Counted from the stretch's first letter, positions 46,807 through 56,132 are shown. The stretch is 64,000 nucleotides of DNA from an uncultured Nitrospinota bacterium (GCA_963707985.1 CAVPRW010000010.1:192001-256000); one strand, 5' to 3'. Numbers and translations are program-made. Notes: generated from the letters alone by a model not told the origin.

Positions 46807-47127
46807 CTAGGTGGTGTGGGGAGGGCGGGATAAACACCCGCCCTTACCCGATTCGGCATCCCTTTCGACGAGGCGACCGGCCGCATACTTGTGCAGGATG
46901 CTGGCCAGTAAGGTCTGATACGGGAGGCCCTCCTCGAGCGCTCGCTTCTGCAGGGCCTCAAGATCTTTGCTTGAAATTCTGATATTCACCCGTCGGTCTT
47001 TCTTGAAGGTCGTGCGAGCATAATCACGATAGCGCTCAAACGCTTCGTTTCGGCCTTCGATGGACTGCCATTCTCCGCGTTCAAAGGAGTCGAGCAGGTC
47101 CTGCTCTTCGGGATCGAGCCTAGCCAT
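46807..47127 (-). CDS. Antitoxin (BrnA/CopG-like RHH)
   Basis: KKDRRVNIRISSKDL..LQ.RA.EEGLPYQTL; downstream of the BrnT-like toxin. Confidence 0.8.
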   Translation of the reverse strand: MARLDPEEQDLLDSFERGEWQSIEGRNEAFERYRDYARTTFKKDRRVNIRISSKDLEALQKRALEEGLPYQTLLASILHKYAAGRLVERDAESGKGGCLSRPPHTT

Positions 47128-47407
47128 CTTCCCGCCTCCGCCTAAGGTATCGGTTGGTCGCCTTGCGACTGGGAATGATCGTTTTCAAGAACACCTCGCC
47201 TTCGCCCTCCACAAAAGGCACAAGATAAGCGTAGTCGTCGATGTTGACGACAAAGATCCGCTGCCCGGCATACCGCGCCTGGTTCGGATGCTGCAGGATA
47301 TCAAGTAAGTCGCCGCGTTCGATGTGAAAGACCACCGCCTCAAACCCCACCCCGCGGTCTTGCTTGAGGCGCTCGTTCTTCTCGGGGTTCCACGCGAAGT
47401 ATTTCAT
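47120..47407 (-). CDS. BrnT-family toxin
   Basis: F.WNPEKN..LK..RGV.FE; Y.VPFV..FLKTIIPSRKAT. Confidence 0.85.
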   Translation of the reverse strand: MKYFAWNPEKNERLKQDRGVGFEAVVFHIERGDLLDILQHPNQARYAGQRIFVVNIDDYAYLVPFVEGEGEVFLKTIIPSRKATNRYLRRRREDG

Positions 47408-47483
47408 GCTGCGAGGGTACCACGGTGTGTGCTTTTTGGCAACAAAGAGGAGGAGCAATGCTAAAATCAAGCAGGCTGAGGAT

Positions 47484-47559
47484 GCCGAACGAACGCTGAG
47501 GATAACCTGCTGGTATGGAGCGCAGCGGAATACCAGTCAGGTTCATCCTGTTGTTAGGC
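47484..47559. repeat. attC site
   Basis: GCCGAAC..AACCTG-CTGGTAT..ATACCAG.CAGGTT..GTTAGGC. Confidence 0.85.
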
Positions 47560-47644
47560 ATGGTATCCACATGCCATTGCCGATGAGTGCCCCCAACTGC
47601 CTCGACACATGGCACCTGGAGTCGCTGCTGGGCGCCACCCGCAT

Positions 47645-47863
47645 TCATCCGGCTTGATAAATGACTGGACGATATCTGGGCTCTGGGATAGGTCTCCCAC
47701 TGGCGTGGGCAGCCTCCAGCCATGCCTGCTTGGCTCTCAGGACCTCCTGCAAGGCCTCTTCTGGTGTTTCGCCAAACGCTGAGCAGGATTGGAGGTCAGG
47801 GATGTCCGCAATGTACCCTTCGTCGTCTTCACTGTAAAACACGTTGATATGATAATCCTTCAT
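47645..47863 (-). CDS. hicB: HicB antitoxin
   Basis: YIADIPDL..CSAFGETPEEAL..IPEP. Confidence 0.9.
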   Translation of the reverse strand: MKDYHINVFYSEDDEGYIADIPDLQSCSAFGETPEEALQEVLRAKQAWLEAAHASGRPIPEPRYRPVIYQAG

Positions 47864-48123
47864 GTGCCACCCTCCATGGGCAGATTATAGCGTTCAATAA
47901 GGCGGAGGAGTTGCTTGATCTGATACGGCTTTGCTTGCCCGTTCACATTCTGGAGATTGAGCAATTCGGGAATATTCGCATGGACATAGATGTGATGACT
48001 GCCATGAATCCGGGAGAGCCGAAATCCGAACGCTTCCGCACATGCCACGGCTTCTGTAAAACGGATGTTTTTGGAACCGGACAGGAGTTTTTGGAGTAAC
48101 CGACGTCTTCTCTGCTCTGCCAT
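47860..48123 (-). CDS. hicA: HicA toxin
   Basis: GF.L.RI.GSHHIY; AKPYQIKQ; 4-bp overlap with hicB. Confidence 0.9.
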   Translation of the reverse strand: MAEQRRRRLLQKLLSGSKNIRFTEAVACAEAFGFRLSRIHGSHHIYVHANIPELLNLQNVNGQAKPYQIKQLLRLIERYNLPMEGGT

Positions 48124-48195
48124 CGGTCTGTTTCTTTCGTGTCATACGGAAGCCTGAGCTTGCTGCATTTGCCTATGGACCCTTTTTCTTGCGAA

Positions 48196-48381
48196 GCCTA
48201 ACGCCAGCACAAGCCGCATGGCGGACGCGACCTGTGAAGCAGGACACCATAGCCATGTCGGCTTATAACGGTTCCCAGTCGTATGAGCTACGACCTCTTC
48301 TGAGGGGAGTGGTACCTCAAGACCCTTGGGGCCTTAGCGTTGTTCATCTAAGTGGGAACCGCTATAATGCAATGGTTAGGC
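48196..48381. repeat. attC site containing a MITE
   Basis: GCCTAAC..AAGCCG-CATGGC..GCCATG.CGGCTT [insert] ..GTTAGGC. Confidence 0.8.
48264..48366. mobile_element. About 100-bp MITE with TA-flanked IRs
   Basis: TATAACGGTTCCCA ... TGGGAACCGCTATA. Confidence 0.7.
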
Positions 48382-48392
48382 GACCTAGGCAA

Positions 48393-49538
48393 CTACCGCT
48401 TCTTGGCGCTCGGCCAATGTTCTACCGACGGCACGGGCTGTGCTCTAAGCTGCAGTCCCGTCTTGGCATTGATATGCTCAATCCACCCAGCCTGGAAGTC
48501 CACGATGTCGCCCTCCCTTGGGGGCACCATTGGAGAGTCGTAGTCAGCATAGGATCGTGTCTCAATGGTCTGCATGAATCCGAACTTCAATCCGACACGG
48601 AGCCCCTGGTCAGCGACGACGAATTTCTGCCTAATACTGCCGTCTTCGTGTCCATACATTGGACCGTGGTGCAACTCGGGATCGATACTAGGTTTATTCT
48701 GCTTTCGGAATGCGATAAGCCTATCCAGCTCCTCATCGGTCATATGATCAGGATGATAGTACAGGCACTGGTTCGCGCTGGCCGCCTGCAAAGCGTTGAT
48801 GACCTGAACATCGTAGCCACTGGCCAGAACGACGCGCGACTGGGGGCTACCACACGTATAGGTTTGCGGATCATACATGACGATACAAACGCGGGGGGAG
48901 ACTGGCATGATGAGTTGGATGCCCTTTACTAGGAGGCCCCCTGCCCCATAACAGTGCGATAGCCTCGGGTGATGCTCGACAAACTGGTTGGAGATCGCGA
49001 CCGGATGATCGGAGATCACAAACCCGACCTTTCTGTCGTGGAGCAGAAACTTCACCGGAAGGTCGGCAATGGTGCCTGCTGCGACTGCTGCTGACGCCAA
49101 AGCGAAAAGCTGAGGGTCCTTCGGGCGGATCCGCACCGAGCGCAAGTCAATGCCGGCAGCTACTGCTCTTGGCTGCAAGAGCTCCTTGAGTACCGCTTCA
49201 GCCATTCGCTCAATACCAGTGGCTGCCCTCAGCGTTCGCCTGTGCTGAAACAGAACATAGAGCCTGAGGTGAATTATCTCCACATCAGAGATGGATTGGA
49301 GCCGAGCGGCGCTCAGATCGCCGAGGGTATCCGCGAATTTTCCTTCGGCGTCGCTGAAGGCCTTCTCCATCACGAGGTCTTTACCATAGAAATAGTCTCG
49401 GCAGCACTGCTCTCGAATTCCGACATCGCGCCTCCTCTTACCCGTATCCAAGATCACCATACTCGTCCGCTTACCATCCCTGGAGAACTTACCCATCTGC
49501 ATTTGAGATACATAATGCTGTCGCTTGTTTTCGGCCAC
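48393..49538 (-). CDS. DUF4238 domain protein
   Basis: KRQHYVSQ; F.ISDHPV; P.SPR. Confidence 0.8.
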   Translation of the reverse strand: MAENKRQHYVSQMQMGKFSRDGKRTSMVILDTGKRRRDVGIREQCCRDYFYGKDLVMEKAFSDAEGKFADTLGDLSAARLQSISDVEIIHLRLYVLFQHRRTLRAATGIERMAEAVLKELLQPRAVAAGIDLRSVRIRPKDPQLFALASAAVAAGTIADLPVKFLLHDRKVGFVISDHPVAISNQFVEHHPRLSHCYGAGGLLVKGIQLIMPVSPRVCIVMYDPQTYTCGSPQSRVVLASGYDVQVINALQAASANQCLYYHPDHMTDEELDRLIAFRKQNKPSIDPELHHGPMYGHEDGSIRQKFVVADQGLRVGLKFGFMQTIETRSYADYDSPMVPPREGDIVDFQAGWIEHINAKTGLQLRAQPVPSVEHWPSAKKR

Positions 49539-49621
49539 TTTCTTGCTCCGTCACTGAAGTTTTGATCAGGTCTCGAGTTCTATATGCTTATGCTCCAGGA
49601 TGCTCCAAATCCTTTCATACA

Positions 49622-49693
49622 GCCTAACCCGTCGGTGAGCAGACCCGCAAAAAGCTGTGCTTTTTGCGGGTCTGCTCGACCGACGGGTTAGGC
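49622..49693. repeat. attC site
   Basis: Near-perfect palindrome GCCTAACCCGTCGG...CCGACGGGTTAGGC. The stop codon of the upstream cassette gene lies within its core. Confidence 0.9.
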
Positions 49694-51824
49694 ATCACAC
49701 CGGCCAACAAGTGGAAGAACTTGATCCATAGCCAAAACCCTGAAGCCATCTAGATAGTGATGCCAGGTTGACCTATTTGCGAGCGCGTCGGCCCTGAGTT
49801 CGTCGGAGATTTTCAGATAGGAGGGGTCAACCCATGCGAAGATACTTTCGCTGACGAAGTACTTGGACACCAGTTCGAAGTGCTCATTCTTCCTGACGCC
49901 GAGATACAGCGGCGTCTTGGTGTGCAGTGATTCCGCAAGACTGTTATAGGAGACGATGTGGAAGTCATCATTCTCGCGCGAACGGATCAAGCCTGTGCGT
50001 ATTTCGTTGCCTTCAAATTCAGACCGACGGCCATGCACCAAGACGTATTTGACATGGCAGGGATTTCGCCGCAATGACTCGGGAACTCGTATGGGTGCGA
50101 TGGTGCCATCTGTGAAACCCAAAGCGTTGGACGGGTTGTCAAACCACGCGCGCCATCTGGCAATCTGGTCTAGCCCTGCGTGGAAGTCTGGATGTAGGTC
50201 ATTGGAGCCGTCTTTGAAGTACCGTGACTGAGGCTTCTCGATTTCGACTAGGACGAGATGCCAATCTGCGGAACTCTTCGCCATGTAGAAGAAGTCCGGT
50301 GAATAGTCTTTTGCAAGCGACAGCTTTCGGAACACCAAGTCGAAATGCACGCCGTGATTCTGTATGAATTCTCGCGGGATCAGGCTCGTGTTCTCTTCAA
50401 GGAAGTGCTGATACCGCTGTTCGGGATGCTCTCCATCCAACAACGCGAAGAACTCCCTTCTTAGGAGCCGTCTGGAAATAAATTTTACATTAATGCATTA
50501 GCTCCCCGTCTTGCTCTGGGACGCTTATGAGGAAGGATCGTGTAGTTCCACTCGCCGTGGAAGTCGGATCGCTCAAGGCGCATGGCCTCCATCTCGACAG
50601 CGCTCACCTTGAGGCCAATCGGATATTGCCCAGCATCGAGGGCCGCCTGGATGCGCAGCCCCGTGGAAGAGCGAGGACTGCCAATGAGGCTGACGATCAC
50701 CTCGCGGCTCAGCAGGGGCTGTCCACGCCAGTTCGCGGTGATGTAGCAAAACATGCGATGTTCGATCTTGTTCCATGTGCTCGTGCCAGGCGGCCGATGG
50801 CTGACCGCCATACGCAGCCCCGTCTCATCGGCGAGCCGCTGCAGCTCGGCCTTCCATAGCCGCGCCCGGGCACTGTTGCTGCCGCCACCATCTGCCGTGA
50901 TGAGCAGCTCCTTGGCCCGCGGATACATGGCCGAACCCATCTGGCGCCACCACGCCCGGATCGTCGCTACTGCGAACGCAGCGGTGTCATGGGCCACGCC
51001 CACGCTGACCCACCCGAGGTTGGCGCCGACGTCGTAGACGCCGTCGGGGATGGCCTTGCCTCGCTCCCCATCGACGAAGTCATACACGCGGACCTCAGGA
51101 GGATGCCCCGTGGGGTGCCACTCACGGCCAGCATTCTTGAAGTCTCCGAGGAGTTCCTTCTTCTTGGCATCGACAGAAATGACCGGCTGGCCGCGGCGCT
51201 GAAAGTCCTGCACCCGGACGTTGAGATGCTCGAATTGCGCGTGGCGGTCCGGGTGATGGCCCCCCTCGCGGGTCTTGCGCGCTCCCTGTAAGCTGTAGTC
51301 CGCCGCATGGAGCAACTCGCTCACGAGCTGGGGGCTGACCTGGTGCCCCTGCGTTTTGAGCTCGGCCGCGAGCTTGCGGACACTCTTGCACGTCCAGCGC
51401 AGCGGTGATGGCGGGTCGCCTCGGGTCGTGGGCTCGACCAAGGCTTCCAACGCGTGAAGCAGCGTTGGGTCGTGCCTGGTGCGCTTCTTGCGCCCGCCCC
51501 CAGGCCGTCGGACCCGCTCGTCACGCCCCCGAGGCGTCGCCACGGTGCCGGTGTGGATCTCCTCAATGCCAGCGTAGATCGTCGGGCGTGACAGTCCTGT
51601 CGCTCGCGCGGCGGCACTGATACCACCGCGCCCCAGCGCGAGCGCTTCGGTCGCGGCCCAGAGCCGTCGCGCGTGCTCGTTTAGCACCGGGCTCAGCGTC
51701 TTGAACTTCTCCGTCAATGCAGTGTATTCTCGCATGTGGCTTAGTCTAACCCTGGAAAACCATTTGTAAAGGTTATTTCCAGACAGCTACTTAGTGCCTC
51801 GATGTCGTCGCCGCATAGTGCCAC
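49688..51824 (-). pseudogene. sduA: Shedu-like (SduA/DUF4263) nuclease interrupted by ISAzo13
   Basis: PDF..LVEIEKP..GLDQI..W..GRR. Removing the IS restores GTG-ALCGDDIEAL|RREFFALLDGEHPEQ with a GGAG RBS. Confidence 0.75.
50464..51790 (-). mobile_element. ISAzo13-family IS with a TTA target duplication
   Basis: ISVDAKKKEL.G.FKN.G; ITADGGGSN; PPGTS.WNKIEH; HGEWNYTI; IRs G.AGC.GTCTGGAAATAA. Confidence 0.95.
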
Positions 51825-51838
51825 GGGTGTCTCCCGAT

Positions 51839-51950
51839 GCCGAACGCGCAGGGTTCAGCGGCGGGGGCAGAACCACCACCGAGCTATGACTGGCCTACTA
51901 AGCCGCAAACCGCCGCTGTCCCCCCCGTCCGCTGGAACCCTTTGTTAGAC
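51839..51950. repeat. attC site
   Basis: GCCGAAC..GGGTTCAGCGG..CCGCTGGAACCC..GTTAGAC. Confidence 0.85.
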
Positions 51951-51960
51951 CGCCGTGCGT

Positions 51961-52197
51961 CTACTTACGCATGTCTTTCGGGTATTGCGTAGGGTCAAAG
52001 CGGATCTTTCCATCTTTGCCCATGCGCCACGGATTGCTCAGTTCACACACGTGAGGAAAGATTTCGGCATCTAGCACTTGTTGAAGGACCACCCTCATTG
52101 TTCTCCGATACCTCCGGTGCGCCAATTGCTTGTCCTTTTTCTCGGACTCGGCTGTCGTGATGCCCCGGATCGGCGTCTTCCGTTTAGAACGTGCCAT
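51961..52197 (-). CDS. Small basic hypothetical protein
   Basis: MARSKRKTPIRGITTAESEKKDK..W.M.KDGK; overlaps the upstream gene. Confidence 0.7.
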   Translation of the reverse strand: MARSKRKTPIRGITTAESEKKDKQLAHRRYRRTMRVVLQQVLDAEIFPHVCELSNPWRMGKDGKIRFDPTQYPKDMRK

Positions 52198-52459
52198 GCG
52201 ATAGCCTTTCGAACCAGTATTGATGCATCTCGGCGAGAAAGAGAGGTGAAATCGGAAAACCTGACGCGTCGCCGAGTACCGAATCAATCATACACTCAGG
52301 GCAGAGGGCCGTGCGTTCGTTTTCCAGGAAGCGAGTGACCTCGGTCGCTGGAAATACTGACGTGCAGTAGAAGCACCCGGCGACCTTGCTCTGACGTAAT
52401 TCGGTCTCGTTTGCCGTGCAGTGCCGGTGTGCTACCTCCAACCTATTGTTGATGGACAT
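52184..52459 (-). CDS. Small Zn-ribbon-like protein
   Basis: GCFYC..TALCPEC.IDSV.G..L..MH.YWF. Confidence 0.75.
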   Translation of the reverse strand: MSINNRLEVAHRHCTANETELRQSKVAGCFYCTSVFPATEVTRFLENERTALCPECMIDSVLGDASGFPISPLFLAEMHQYWFERLSHGTF

Positions 52460-52477
52460 GTCACACGTACCTCAGCG

Positions 52478-52565
52478 GTCTAACGCCAGGTTTCAGCCGC
52501 GCCCGGAAGCCGAAGCGAGGAACGAGCGTAGGCTGTAGGGCGTCGGCTGCAAACCCTTGTTCGGC
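52478..52565. repeat. attC site
   Basis: GTCTAAC..TTTCAGCCG..CGGCTGCAAA..GTTCGGC. Confidence 0.88.
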
Positions 52566-52586
52566 GGTGCTACTGTCGACCCAGCA

Positions 52587-52994
52587 CTACGGCTCTTTGG
52601 TGAAACCTGCTTGGACAAAGTGCTGGTCGAAGGCAAAGGCCGTCCGGATACCCAGCTTCTGCATGACGAGAAAGGAGATACAATCTGTGAGGGAATAATC
52701 TTTGTCTTGATGGCGCTGGAAATATGCCCACCCTTCGTAAAATAACGCCGTTTCGACATGGATGAATTGTACGGATGGACTCTGCAACAGATTGTTCCCC
52801 AGTTGGAGGGCCTTCGCATGCTGTCCCCGACTGTTAAAGAACGTCACGACTTCATCGAAGACGTAGGAGGTCGTGACGAGACGTGGCAGCGCCGCCACGA
52901 TACTCTGCCAGTGTTGCATGGCCGCGTGATGATGCTGGTCATTGATAATTTCCAGCGCGAACAGATAGCCCGTGTCGGCAAACACCGTATTCAT
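52587..52994 (-). CDS. vapC: PIN-domain (VapC) toxin
   Basis: VFADTG; V.DE; SLTDC.SF; AFDQHF. Confidence 0.9.
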   Translation of the reverse strand: MNTVFADTGYLFALEIINDQHHHAAMQHWQSIVAALPRLVTTSYVFDEVVTFFNSRGQHAKALQLGNNLLQSPSVQFIHVETALFYEGWAYFQRHQDKDYSLTDCISFLVMQKLGIRTAFAFDQHFVQAGFTKEP

Positions 52995-53200
52995 TGATTG
53001 TAGAGATACCGATCATGGTTGAGCGAGGCATCCTCCACATCGAGGAGGAGCGGCTGGTTGCCAAGGTTCAGGATGGGGTCATCCGCAGGCACCGGCATGA
53101 CAATGATCATGTTTTGCGTTTTCTGGATTTCTACCTCGTCAATGTCTTCGAGCCACCCTTTGGGGATGAGGACACCGTTTTCTGTCACTTTTGTTCTCAT
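52991..53200 (-). CDS. VapB-like antitoxin
   Basis: 4-bp overlap with vapC; AbrB-like N-terminus; DAS.NHD.YLY. Confidence 0.75.
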   Translation of the reverse strand: MRTKVTENGVLIPKGWLEDIDEVEIQKTQNMIIVMPVPADDPILNLGNQPLLLDVEDASLNHDRYLYNQ

Positions 53201-53370
53201 AGCACGCTCCTGGATCGGGGATTTCGAGGCATCAATAATACCATACAAAACAGTGGGGAGACGGCTGCTATCAGTGGGGCACCCTACAGGGTATGCGACA
53301 TGACCCCCTGGCTTCTGAGTATGCTGGTAGTTTTTCCTCCGCGCCTTTGGCGCCGGACGCTGGAGGCAGT

Positions 53371-53392
53371 CGGCTGACGCCCAGCGTTCGGC
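53371..53392. repeat. Half attC remnant
   Basis: CGGCTGACGCCCAGCGTTCGGC without a matching left arm. Confidence 0.45.
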
Positions 53393-53448
53393 GCAGCGTA
53401 CCGACTGCCATCGTGCCTCCCCTTTGTTTTTCCTCTGCCGGCAGCACG

Positions 53449-54207
53449 TCAGTGAGACACAGGTCCCAAAAACTTCGTGATGTACGGCAGCACGAGATTA
53501 CTGCGTGCCATGGCCTCCGCGTGTGAGAGGTCAGGCAAGGAAAAGAACGTGACATTGGGCATCTGTTTCACACACTCCCTGACGGCAGGGTACACAGGGT
53601 CCGCTTCGCCAGCAAAGAACAGGCACGGCATGGTCATCGTCGGGAGGACCGCCTCCAGACTCGACCGGTCCTGCGCCACTGCCAGAAGAGCCTCCAGGTC
53701 GTTGGCGAGTGCCCGGGCTTTGCGCCGCGCAGTCATAGGCCCATACAGCTCCTCCAAGCCTGCCACAAAGGCTTCCTTCCCTTGTTCGAGGGCCTTCCGT
53801 AAGGCCTGACGTTGATGATCCATACTGCGTGCATAGGGGTGTGCACCACCGATGATCAAAGCATGGAACTGCTTGGGGGCGTACTGCGCCAGGCCAAACC
53901 CGATCCATCCACCCATCGAATAGCCAAAGAAATAGGCGTGTGCGATGTGCAGATGATCCAGGACCGCGACAATGTCGCCCGCCCGGCATTGCAGCCCATA
54001 GGCTTCGGGATCATGGGGCTTATCGCTCGCACCGTGCCCCCGTGCATCGATGAGGATAAGCTGGTAGTCGTGCTGCAGCGCGTGTACATAGCCCGCATCG
54101 TACCAGCTTTCCAGGCTATTGGAAAACCCATGCTGGAGCACCAGCGGGGGCCCCTCCCCTTCGATTTGGTAATGGATTCGGACGTTTTGATTGATGACAT
54201 AGGGCAT
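53449..54207 (-). CDS. Alpha/beta hydrolase
   Basis: HG, DARGHG.S, GYSMGG nucleophile, GEAD, C-terminal His. Confidence 0.92.
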   Translation of the reverse strand: MPYVINQNVRIHYQIEGEGPPLVLQHGFSNSLESWYDAGYVHALQHDYQLILIDARGHGASDKPHDPEAYGLQCRAGDIVAVLDHLHIAHAYFFGYSMGGWIGFGLAQYAPKQFHALIIGGAHPYARSMDHQRQALRKALEQGKEAFVAGLEELYGPMTARRKARALANDLEALLAVAQDRSSLEAVLPTMTMPCLFFAGEADPVYPAVRECVKQMPNVTFFSLPDLSHAEAMARSNLVLPYITKFLGPVSH

Positions 54208-55462
54208 GGCAGTTTCCTCCTTATTGAAGCAATATACACAGCAATGCTCGCTTCTCTTACCGCGAACACCAAACACGGAGCCGAACCAGTGATTCAACCG
54301 TTTTCTGTATAACACTCCGGATCACGGTTCGCGCATTGTTTGCGACAGTTTCTAATATTTGGGCAAAAATTTAAAAATACAGTACTTTTGAAGTTGGGCT
54401 GTCCGTCGGAATGTTGCTGGGCCGGAGCCGTTGACTTATTCCTCTGCCGGCGAGTTGCCGTGAGGCTGAACAAGAGTTCGTAAAATCGAGCAGTTAGAAG
54501 GAATGTTTGAAACTGGATTAAAATGGGGTAACTAAAAGCTTAAATCTTGTACCATAGGTTAAACCTTTTGGGGTTCGCATTTCTTGGATGTCCCCTTTCG
54601 CTGTAACGCGTCACGATCAAGCTGTCACGATCGCGTCTCAATGGACAAGGCATTGATTTCGCAAGGTTTCAGAAAAACCCTCCCTGCGGGAAAGGGCAAA
54701 AATGCAAAATTATAGTACACACAGATCAAAAAAAGCAGAACAATCGTTGACATCCAAAGTATGCTGTATGATATGCGTACTGTAAGAATATCCATCAGTT
54801 GGATAAGGACGGCGGAGGCGTAGCCCATGAGCGCGTTTCCGGACACTGATACGAGAGACGCCGAGATCCTCGCGGCCAGGCGGGTTCCACGTAAACCATG
54901 GTGGAACGACCAAACATGGGTGCGGTTCTCCCTGCATTGTGGCCATACGTACCGCCACCATCCCGCCGATGCCACGAGCCTTCAGTTGTCTATAGGGAAA
55001 GCTGGCTTCGAAAGGCCAAACGGCCGAACAGCGGGCCCAGGCACCATGCGCGGTTGAATATGACTCCATGTGCTTGTCGCCGCAGTTGCGATCGGTGCGA
55101 GACGACGACGCGGTCGCACCGACCGCGCCGAGAGGCGGAGCAGATGGTCTCGCGGCAAGGAAGCCGGAGCGTGTCATTGGGCCATCTCGCCTGCTGGAGG
55201 AGCACGCGCATGTCCTCGTTCAGGCCAATCAGGCCAATGGTGCGAGTGAACAGACGAACGTGGCCTGGGGAGCGGTGGAAGCAAAGTTGAAAGACGACAT
55301 CATGCGTCGCCATTCTTCGCCTAAGACGCTACTTGCGTCTGCAGGATAGATGAAAAAGTACTGGGGTTTCATGCTCAAGACCCATGCTGTGGAGGTGACG
55401 GGTGCGGAGGCCAAGCGGTTGTTGGTCGATCTGGCCTTCAGGAGACGGGTGTCAGCTGCGGC

Positions 55463-55550
55463 GCAAAACGCCCGCGGTGAGCCGCGCCCAATGGCCGGAG
55501 CAAGGCATGAGCGGAGGCTCTTGGGCGTCGGCTCCACTACGATGTTAGCC
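55463..55550. repeat. attC site (degenerate left core)
   Basis: GCAAAAC..GAGCCGCGCCC..GGGCGTCGGCTC..GTTAGCC; the interior is similar to the 52478 site. Confidence 0.75.
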
Positions 55551-55559
55551 GGCTTTTGT

Positions 55560-56125
55560 CGGTTCAAGTTGAAAACCGTTTTGAGAAAACTCTTCACCGA
55601 CTCTGTAGCGGCATGAGCTGCGGGGGTATCTGCGCCCACATGGGGGTTCAGTTCCACGCAAGCGTCCTTATAGGTAAAGGGTAGCTTCGTAGCCGCATTG
55701 ATCAACCTCCCCGTTGACTCCTCACGAATTGTGTAGTGACGAACGGTCTGGGCGCTTTCGGCGATCGTTGGTGTCGGACTGCCAAGAGGACTGTCAAACC
55801 CGTGCGGCGCATTCGGATACTCCGTGAGTTGGACGTCGTGCCCGGCACCACGCAGTCGCTCGACATATGCCTTGCAGGGTGCTACTGGATCGTAGTCGTC
55901 TGGACTGCCATGGAATAGGCGGATCGGTCGGTCTGCGACATCCATCTCGGACAGATATGTGGTCATGCAGTCCGGGTAGAAAGGAATGTAGGCGGTAAAA
56001 TCGATGGCTGATGCGTTCCAGGTCTGGTGGAATCTCCTTAAGCTAGCGTAGAGAGCCGCTTGCCCACCTCGAGAGAATCCCATGAGGACGATCCGTGATG
56101 TATCCACCCGAGAGTGCTTAGCGAT
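55560..56125 (-). pseudogene. Dienelactone hydrolase family, 5'-truncated
   Basis: GFSRGG, FYP, HG..DD, YP.A.HGFD; no N-terminus; the frame reads through the attC. Confidence 0.75.
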
Positions 56126-56132
56126 GGATCAC

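Larger units (their letters stand above)
41339..46852 (+). mobile_element. Group IIC-attC intron interrupted by ISL3 and IS701
   Basis: 5' GTACGCCCGACATGGGC; 3' DV GAACCGC|TAGTGCGGACCCGCATGCTAGGTGGTGTG and DVI ..CCTTACCCGAT; inserted at GT^T of the attC. Confidence 0.92.

Noticed and set aside
54625..55349. Small ORFs on both strands
   Set aside because: No family could be recognised; coding status is unsupported.
40603..55550. CRISPR array or REP repeats
   Set aside because: The repeats are variable palindromes with RYYYAAC/GTTRRRY-like ends separated by whole genes, i.e. attC sites; no cas genes.
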